DNA of 64,000 nt, taken from positions 608 through 64,607 of the forward strand of contig JAFWWA010000028.1 in assembly GCA_017523755.1 (NCBI GenBank). The letters run 5' to 3'. Positions 58,571 through 64,000 of the stretch are shown here, one piece after another. Every line of letters starts with the position of its first letter. Position 1 is the stretch's first letter. The position numbers were made by a program, and so were the translations under genes. The stretch is from Christensenellaceae bacterium. Its GTDB lineage: Bacteria > Bacillota > Clostridia > Christensenellales > Christensenellaceae. Below the pieces are notes generated by a model. That model ran no database searches. It worked only from the letters and a program-made list of their open reading frames with translations, and was not told the origin of the DNA.

Positions 58571-60104
58571 TTTTTCTGGGTCTTGGTACTGCGCCAAGCG
58601 TTATGAGTTTGTTTATAGCGTTAAGATATGCGTCTATCGAGCTTTCAAGGATATCTGTCGAAAGGCCTCTTCCCATGACTGTCCGTTTTCCGGCTTTCAC
58701 TCTTACGGACACTTCACCTAAAGCGTCGCCGCCTTCGGATACGGATCTTATCGAATAGTCCTCAAGGGCAAGAGAAATGCCGAGTATCCTGCCTATGGCC
58801 TCATATGAGGCGAAGATAGGACCGTCTCCGGTGGCAACATCCTCAAATATCTGTCCGAATTCATCCTTCAGCCTTATTATGGAAGTCGATCTTATGGTGT
58901 TGCCGCTGTTTATGACGAACCTGTCGAGATTGTAGTATCTTCTTGTATTTGTCTTGTTCTCGATCATGGCCTCTATATCGAAATCGGTGACCTCGTGTTT
59001 TTTCTCGGCGAGCGCCTTGAAATCCTCGAACAGCTGCTGGAGCATCTGCTCAGGAAGATCATATCCCAGCTCGCTGACTCTCTGATAAAAGGCGTGGCTT
59101 CCCGAGTGCTTCCCGAAAACAAGAGGATCGCGCTTCATTCCGATGGATTCGGGTGTCATGATCTCATATGTCTGTCTGTTTGCCATGACGCCGTGCTGAT
59201 GGATGCCGCTTTCATGCTTGAATGCGTTTGCACCTACGACAGGCTTGTTCGGAGGGATGCTCATCCCTATGATCCTTGACAGCATTGAGGAGGTCCTGTA
59301 GATCTGTCCTATATTGATATCTGTGTGGACCAGGAAGTGGTCGGGCCTGGTATTGAGAGACATAACTATCTCTTCAAGAGATGCGTTGCCGGCTCTTTCC
59401 CCTATCCCGTTCACCGTACAGTCTATCTGATCGACGCCGGCCTCTATGCATGCAAGCGAATTGGCGACGGCCATGCCGAGATCGTTATGGCAGTGGAAAC
59501 CGAGCCTTACGTTCTCTATGCCGTTCACTCTTCCTTTCAGGGCATGTATGATCCTTCTGAGATCTTCGGGCATCGCATAGCCTACGGTATCCGCAAAGTT
59601 AATAATATCGGCCCCTGCCTCTATCGCGGTTTCCGCGGCGCGGCAAAGGAAGTCCAGATCCGAACGGCTGGCATCCTCACATGAGAACTGTACCATGGGA
59701 GCGTACTTTTTGGCATATGAGATGCTGTCGAAGATGCTGTTCAGCACTTCCTCGGGTTCCATTCTCAGCTTATATCTCATATGAAGGTCAGAAGTGGCTA
59801 TGAATATATGTATAAGGGGATGCTGAGCTTTTTTAAGAGCGTTCAGAGCGCTGTCGATATCTCCTCTTACCGCGCGGCAGAGCGCAGCGACGGTACGGCT
59901 TTTTACGGCCTGGGATATAAGGGAGACCGCCTCAAAGTCATTGGCGTTCGAAACAGGGAAACCTGCCTCGATAATGTCTACGCCGAGCCTGTCCAGCTGT
60001 CTTGCCATGGTGAGCTTTTCCTGTGCGTTCATGCTGCAGCCGGGCGTCTGCTCCCCGTCTCTTAAAGTTGTATCGAAAATATATATCTTTTTGCTGTATT
60101 CCAT
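58551..60104 (-). CDS. leuA: 2-isopropylmalate synthase
   Basis: IYIFDTTLRDGEQTPG N-terminus, HCHNDLGMAVANSL, FKHESGIHQ, and a C-terminal regulatory domain. 517 aa. Confidence 0.9.
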   Translation of the reverse strand: MEYSKKIYIFDTTLRDGEQTPGCSMNAQEKLTMARQLDRLGVDIIEAGFPVSNANDFEAVSLISQAVKSRTVAALCRAVRGDIDSALNALKKAQHPLIHIFIATSDLHMRYKLRMEPEEVLNSIFDSISYAKKYAPMVQFSCEDASRSDLDFLCRAAETAIEAGADIINFADTVGYAMPEDLRRIIHALKGRVNGIENVRLGFHCHNDLGMAVANSLACIEAGVDQIDCTVNGIGERAGNASLEEIVMSLNTRPDHFLVHTDINIGQIYRTSSMLSRIIGMSIPPNKPVVGANAFKHESGIHQHGVMANRQTYEIMTPESIGMKRDPLVFGKHSGSHAFYQRVSELGYDLPEQMLQQLFEDFKALAEKKHEVTDFDIEAMIENKTNTRRYYNLDRFVINSGNTIRSTSIIRLKDEFGQIFEDVATGDGPIFASYEAIGRILGISLALEDYSIRSVSEGGDALGEVSVRVKAGKRTVMGRGLSTDILESSIDAYLNAINKLITLGAVPRPRKNENNDT

Positions 60105-60137
60105 TTTCTGACCGCTTTTTATGTTATTCTCAGCCCG

Positions 60138-60146
60138 ATTATATCA
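60138..60146 (-). promoter_or_regulatory. Extended -10 element (TGaTATAAT) upstream of leuA
   Basis: The minus strand reads caTGaTATAATcggg, about 34 nt before the leuA ATG. The leader is too short for a T-box. Confidence 0.4.
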
Positions 60147-60292
60147 TGAGGACAGTTGTTTTAAAATCCCCGCATGAAAATATGCAGGCCCTTGGACCAT
60201 GGACGGCAGCATGGTATATGATATTATTCGCTTTATGTGGTATATTCTTTAAAGAAGTAATGATAAGCGTAAGGCAGATCGGAGGAAACTGT

Positions 60293-61189
60293 ATGAGCGG
60301 AAAATTATCTTCATATACGAGAATACTGAGACCGGTGATCGTGACAGTTATGGTCCTTTTGATGATGCTTCCGGCATCCTGTCTGAGCGTAGGGACTTAT
60401 AACTACAGATACAAGAATTCCGGAAGATATTCTTACGGCGGAGCGAGGCTGGATAAAAGATTCGATAATATAGATATAGACTGGATCAGCGGTACGGTCA
60501 CGGTAAAAGCTTACAGCGGAAATACCGTAGTGATCTCTGAAGAGGCAGGTCATGACCTTTCCCCTGAGATGCAGGTCCATTATTTTGCCGATGGGAACGA
60601 TCTGAGTATAAAGTTCATGAGGGCAGGAAGAAGGAAGATCACTGAACTCAGGAAAGACCTGACTGTCATGGTGCCTGGATATATGCTGGAACAGCTAAGG
60701 GTCACAGTGATCTCTTCTGATATAGATATAGAGGGAACAGAGAACGAGACTCTGGAAGTGAGTTCCGTATCAGGAGATATACGTCTTGCTGATGTGAGAT
60801 CGGAGAAAGGCTGTAAGCTTGAGAGCGTATCGGGCGATATCACTGCTGAAAGATCCGCATTCAGAAAAATCGAGATGGATACTGTATCCGGGAACACGGA
60901 GATCATATCGGGATCCGGAGCGGAGATCTCTGTCAACACGACAAGCGGAAACATAACGGTAAAAGCCGATATGCCGGCCGATAAGACCGATATAGATACG
61001 ATATCTGGGGATGTCCTGTTCTATGTGAAAGGCGATGAAGATATGGCTTTCAGGTTTGAGAGCGTCAGCGGAAGCTTTGAAACGGATGTGCCTATGACCA
61101 TGTCAGGTGACAGGATGATAATGGGAAGAGGGCGGAAAACAGCCGAGATATCGAGTATATCAGGAGATCTGTCTGTGAAGGCAGGGTGA
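60293..61189 (+). CDS. DUF4097-type beta-strand-repeat protein (putative adhesin fold) with N-terminal membrane anchor
   Basis: Seven or more SGD/SGN-type repeats (VSGDIRL, VSGDITA, VSGNTEI, TSGNITV, ISGDVLF, VSGSFE, ISGDLSV). The ATG at 60293 lies 6 nt after GGAGGA. The upstream extension to 60023 overlaps leuA and its promoter. Confidence 0.75.
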   Translation: MSGKLSSYTRILRPVIVTVMVLLMMLPASCLSVGTYNYRYKNSGRYSYGGARLDKRFDNIDIDWISGTVTVKAYSGNTVVISEEAGHDLSPEMQVHYFADGNDLSIKFMRAGRRKITELRKDLTVMVPGYMLEQLRVTVISSDIDIEGTENETLEVSSVSGDIRLADVRSEKGCKLESVSGDITAERSAFRKIEMDTVSGNTEIISGSGAEISVNTTSGNITVKADMPADKTDIDTISGDVLFYVKGDEDMAFRFESVSGSFETDVPMTMSGDRMIMGRGRKTAEISSISGDLSVKAG

Positions 61190-61210
61190 GCGTGTAAAGA
61201 GGGGCTTCGT

Positions 61211-61954
61211 GTGAGAGACGAGGGATTTGACAGATCTGTTGAGAGGATCGTAGGGATTGAAAGATCCAGATATCTGATAGGGACCTTGTCTGAGAAGACT
61301 CTGCATGCGGTCCTGAAGGATTTCTATTCTTCCTCTGAAGAAGAGCAGGAGGTCAGGATCGGAAGGCTGTATGCCGATGTACTAAAGGGAAATGATATTT
61401 TTGAGATCCAGACCAGGTCTTTTAACAGCTTAAGAAAGAAGCTGGATGTGTTTCTTGAGGATCATGATGTTACAGTCATATATCCGATCGCAAAGATCAA
61501 ATGGATAAGCTGGATCGACCCGGTGACAGGAGAGCTCACCGACAGGAGGAAAAGCCCGAAGACAGGAAGCAGATTCGATGCTTTCAGAGAGCTCTACAGG
61601 ATCAAGCCTTATCTTTCAAGCAAAAAGCTGCACATAAAGCTGGTTCTGCTGGAACTTACAGAATACAGGATGTTAAACGGGTGGAGCGCTGACAGGAAAA
61701 GAGGTTCAGTACGGTTTGACAGGGTCCCTGACAGTTTTATGGAGGAGATAGATATCAGGACACAGAGTGACTATTTGCGCCTTGTCCCTGACAGCCTTCT
61801 TAATAAGGATTTCGGAGTGTCGGATTTTTCAAAAGAAGCCCGCATCTCAAAGGGTTCGGCTTCAATGGCGGTGAACATCCTCTGCTTCCTCGATATCATA
61901 ACCAGAGTCGGTAAAAACGGAAGGGCATATGTTTACAGGGTGAAAAGCATATAA
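61211..61954 (+). CDS. Hypothetical protein (247 aa); possible PD-(D/E)xK-like nuclease fold
   Basis: GTG start. The segment RLYADVLKGNDIFEIQTRS gives a D-x11-E-x-Q arrangement reminiscent of restriction-endonuclease-like and CoiA-like nucleases. No other recognisable motif. Confidence 0.5.
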   Translation: MRDEGFDRSVERIVGIERSRYLIGTLSEKTLHAVLKDFYSSSEEEQEVRIGRLYADVLKGNDIFEIQTRSFNSLRKKLDVFLEDHDVTVIYPIAKIKWISWIDPVTGELTDRRKSPKTGSRFDAFRELYRIKPYLSSKKLHIKLVLLELTEYRMLNGWSADRKRGSVRFDRVPDSFMEEIDIRTQSDYLRLVPDSLLNKDFGVSDFSKEARISKGSASMAVNILCFLDIITRVGKNGRAYVYRVKSI

Positions 61955-61984
61955 AAAGACCAGCAGGTGTGCCGGTCTTTTTTG
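61954..61984. terminator. Bidirectional terminator between the 247-aa ORF and the GH43 gene
   Basis: AAAAAGACCAGCA ggtg TGCCGGTCTTTTTT (one mismatch in the stem). Confidence 0.7.
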
Positions 61985-62005
61985 AATGTGTTTAATTAAT
62001 ATAGA

Positions 62006-62998
62006 TCACATATCGGTAAAAACAGCTTCTTCTGTCGTCTGTTTCGGATAGGCGAATTTACCGCCTATATTTCCGTCGATGCCGTTGTACCAGTTTCCGG
62101 TGATCTCGTTTATCACATGGAGCTTATCGCCTTTCTCTTCCATTTCAAACAGAAGCATGCGCTTTCTGATATGCGTATTGGGGCAGTGCATTGACATCAT
62201 CAGTTTTCCGTCAAATGTCTTAAACAGCATAGCGTGACCGCCGTCAAGGGCGTAAAGAGGCTTTTCTTCCTGTTTCCAGGGGCCCATTATATCGCCGCTG
62301 AGGCTGGTCGCATATCCGACCGTGTATCCGCCGTATGAGAAACTGCTCCACAGCATTATGAGGGTCCCGTTCTTCATCCTGTGAAGGAAGGGACCGTCGG
62401 TTACATGACCGTCTTCACCCAGCTTGCCAGTCCAGGGAGCGTCGCTGGCCCTGAAAAGGATGACGGGTTTCCCGTCGGCGGCCGAAAGATCGTCCTTCAT
62501 GGGTACTGCGCATATCTGTCCGTCATACACCTGCAGCCATTCATGGCAGAATACCATCCAGGGACGGCCTCTCCTGTCCTGATAAAGAGTCCCGTCAAGG
62601 CACTGCCAGTTTTTAGGAGTTACGGGAGTATTGGAAAGCGGCAGGAACGGCCCCAGCGGAGAATCCGATACGAGACACTGGCATGCTCTGAATTTCCCTT
62701 CCGCCCTGAAGGAGGATATAAGATAGTATTTGCCCTTGTAGTAATGGCATTCCGGTGCCCAGTAGTCAAGATCCGCCCAGAAATCGTCAGGCTTGTCAAA
62801 CACAAGTATCGGCCTGCTCCAGTGTATAAGGTCAGGGCTCTCCATGGCATAAAAGGTCGCTCCGAGCTTAACCTCCGGGAATTTTGACGGGTCGAACATG
62901 CGTGCATAGATGTAATACTTTTTTGTGTCGGGTGATGCCAGGACACACGGATCGCTGATCATTATGTCTCTGACGTGAACTGAATACTTCTCGTCCAT
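62006..62998 (-). CDS. Glycoside hydrolase family 43 (arabinofuranosidase/xylosidase-like)
   Basis: Five-bladed-propeller signatures: RDIMISDPCVL (catalytic Asp region), YWAPECHYYKGKYY, and DGPFLH. 330 aa with no signal peptide. Confidence 0.8.
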   Translation of the reverse strand: MDEKYSVHVRDIMISDPCVLASPDTKKYYIYARMFDPSKFPEVKLGATFYAMESPDLIHWSRPILVFDKPDDFWADLDYWAPECHYYKGKYYLISSFRAEGKFRACQCLVSDSPLGPFLPLSNTPVTPKNWQCLDGTLYQDRRGRPWMVFCHEWLQVYDGQICAVPMKDDLSAADGKPVILFRASDAPWTGKLGEDGHVTDGPFLHRMKNGTLIMLWSSFSYGGYTVGYATSLSGDIMGPWKQEEKPLYALDGGHAMLFKTFDGKLMMSMHCPNTHIRKRMLLFEMEEKGDKLHVINEITGNWYNGIDGNIGGKFAYPKQTTEEAVFTDM

Positions 62999-63075
62999 TT
63001 TCTTTTTCCTTTCATGTGAGAACAGCCGTTACGTTTAATACTTTATGATTATGTATCGATGATTCCGATGACTCA

Positions 63076-63102
63076 ATTATAACACAGGCGCTATGTATGC
63101 AA
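63076..63102 (-). promoter_or_regulatory. Candidate sigma-A promoter for the GH43 gene
   Basis: On the minus strand: TTGCAT, a 15-nt spacer, then TATAAT with an extended -10 (TGtTATAAT). The spacer is short. Confidence 0.3.
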
Positions 63103-63115
63103 CAGCGTACATTTG

Positions 63116-64000
63116 TCAGCGGCTGCCGCCTTTTTTAGCAGCCGCGTGGATAGCCTCTATGAGCAGCCGCAGGGCGTTGTTTGCGGCTGTGATGCGTATG
63201 AATGACCGCTCATTCTCACGGCCGCGGGACAGCATCAGTCTTTCCGCTTTTTTGTAATGCTCGGAATCGACAGCTATATATACCAGACCCACAGGCTTTT
63301 CCGCGCTTCCTCCGCCCGGGCCGGCGATCCCTGTCACGCTGATCCCGAAATCAGCGCCTGACAGCTCTCTTACTCCTTTTGCCATCTCTTTGGCGGTTTC
63401 TTCCGAAACTGCGCCGAACTGCTTCAGTGTTAAGGGGCTGACTCCAAGCAGCTTTTCCTTCATTTCGTTTGAATAGGTGCAGACCCCGCATCCGAACACC
63501 TCGGATGCACCCGGGATGTTCGTGATACGCTGGCTTATTCCGCCGCCGGTACAGCTTTCGGCTGTTGCCGCAGTAAGTCCGTGTTCCCTAAGGAGCTGAA
63601 CCGCCGCGTTTTCAAGCGTGCCGACGTCTATTCCGTAAATATAATCCGAAAAAATCTTTCTTATATCCTCTATTACAGGCTCGATCATCAAAGAGGCTTC
63701 TTCTTCATTTTTAGCTGAAGCCGTGATCCTCAGCTGGACCTCTCCGGTCTTGGCATACGGTGCTACGGTCGGGTTCGTATGCGACAGCATGTAATCCTTC
63801 AGTACTGACTCGACATAGGATTCCCCGACTCCTATGATGTGTACTGTCCTTGAGAAGATCACGTGATCGGTCATCTTTTTAAGATAAGGTACTACGGACC
63901 GCGTCATCATGGGTTCCATCTCAAGAGGCGGACCGGGAAGAAGTATCGCGGTCTTTTTGCCGTCGCTGACAGCCAGGCCCGGGGCGGTCCCGTTATAATT
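63116..64000 (-). CDS. cinA: CinA-family competence/damage-inducible protein (MoCF-like domain + PncC nicotinamide-nucleotide amidase domain); 5' end beyond the window
   Basis: The reading frame stays open to base 64000 (NYNGTAPGLAVSDGKKTAILLPGPPLEMEPMM), so the ATG at 63919 is internal. The C-terminal PncC motif is TAATAESCTGGGIS. Confidence 0.85.
   Translation of the reverse strand, partial: NYNGTAPGLAVSDGKKTAILLPGPPLEMEPMMTRSVVPYLKKMTDHVIFSRTVHIIGVGESYVESVLKDYMLSHTNPTVAPYAKTGEVQLRITASAKNEEEASLMIEPVIEDIRKIFSDYIYGIDVGTLENAAVQLLREHGLTAATAESCTGGGISQRITNIPGASEVFGCGVCTYSNEMKEKLLGVSPLTLKQFGAVSEETAKEMAKGVRELSGADFGISVTGIAGPGGGSAEKPVGLVYIAVDSEHYKKAERLMLSRGRENERSFIRITAANNALRLLIEAIHAAAKKGGSR

Noticed and set aside
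60023-60292. N-terminal 90-aa extension of the DUF4097 ORF
   Set aside because: The extension overlaps the leuA start and its promoter on the other strand and is Cys/Arg-rich junk. A GGAGGA RBS precedes the internal ATG at 60293, which yields a normal membrane-anchor N-terminus.
60105-60292. Possible leucine T-box or attenuator upstream of leuA
   Set aside because: The reverse-complement reading shows an extended -10 box only about 34 nt from the ATG. I saw no specifier-loop or T-box (AGAGA...GGUGGNACCGCG-type) sequence and no terminator/antiterminator pair.
1-64000. Mobile element, prophage, CRISPR-Cas or defence island somewhere in the window
   Set aside because: I found no integrase, transposase, recombinase, Cas, restriction-modification, toxin-antitoxin or phage structural signatures in any frame. 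There are no spacer-repeat arrays, no tRNA/att-like flanks, and gene content is overwhelmingly housekeeping.

Overview
This window looks like an ordinary core-chromosome segment of a Firmicutes/Clostridia-type genome. I could not run a search, so the exact taxon is undetermined. About 50 protein-coding genes tile it almost completely on both strands. Two conserved housekeeping blocks dominate: smc-ftsY-(extra ORF)-ylxM-ffh-rpsP-KH-rimM-trmD ... rplS, and mutS-mutL-miaA-hfq-ynbB-like-MBL. Other housekeeping genes are rny, surE, tyrS, ilvE, tkt, maf, proA, ald, leuA/cimA and cinA. Carbohydrate-active enzymes are scattered through the window: a GH13+GH77 fusion, two different GH2 enzymes and a GH43. 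There are also two large secreted NlpC/P60 cell-wall hydrolases. I found no rRNA, tRNA, CRISPR array, transposase, integrase, phage module or recognisable defence or toxin-antitoxin genes, and no convincing riboswitch or T-box. I do not see a compelling novel multi-gene system here. The items that deserve a second look are: (1) a 2.6-kb opposite-strand SH3b-repeat/NlpC-P60 gene that splits the trmD-rplS operon and carries four 191-bp intragenic repeat modules plus a Pro-Thr repeat; (2) an uncharacterised 743-aa type-I membrane protein with four beta-sandwich-like modules and an acidic, coiled-coil tail; (3) a shortened MocR-type regulator that lacks the PLP-binding lysine, sits next to an orphan ECF S-component and lies directly upstream of a GH2 cluster; (4) a single ORF containing intact GH13 and GH77 catalytic domains; (5) two small uncharacterised ORFs, 217 aa between ftsY and ylxM and 247 aa with a nuclease-like D...ExQ motif; (6) a leuA-cimA-nucleoside-hydrolase-like operon with overlapping reading frames. 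All functional calls rest on motif recognition by eye and on gene context. No database search was run.
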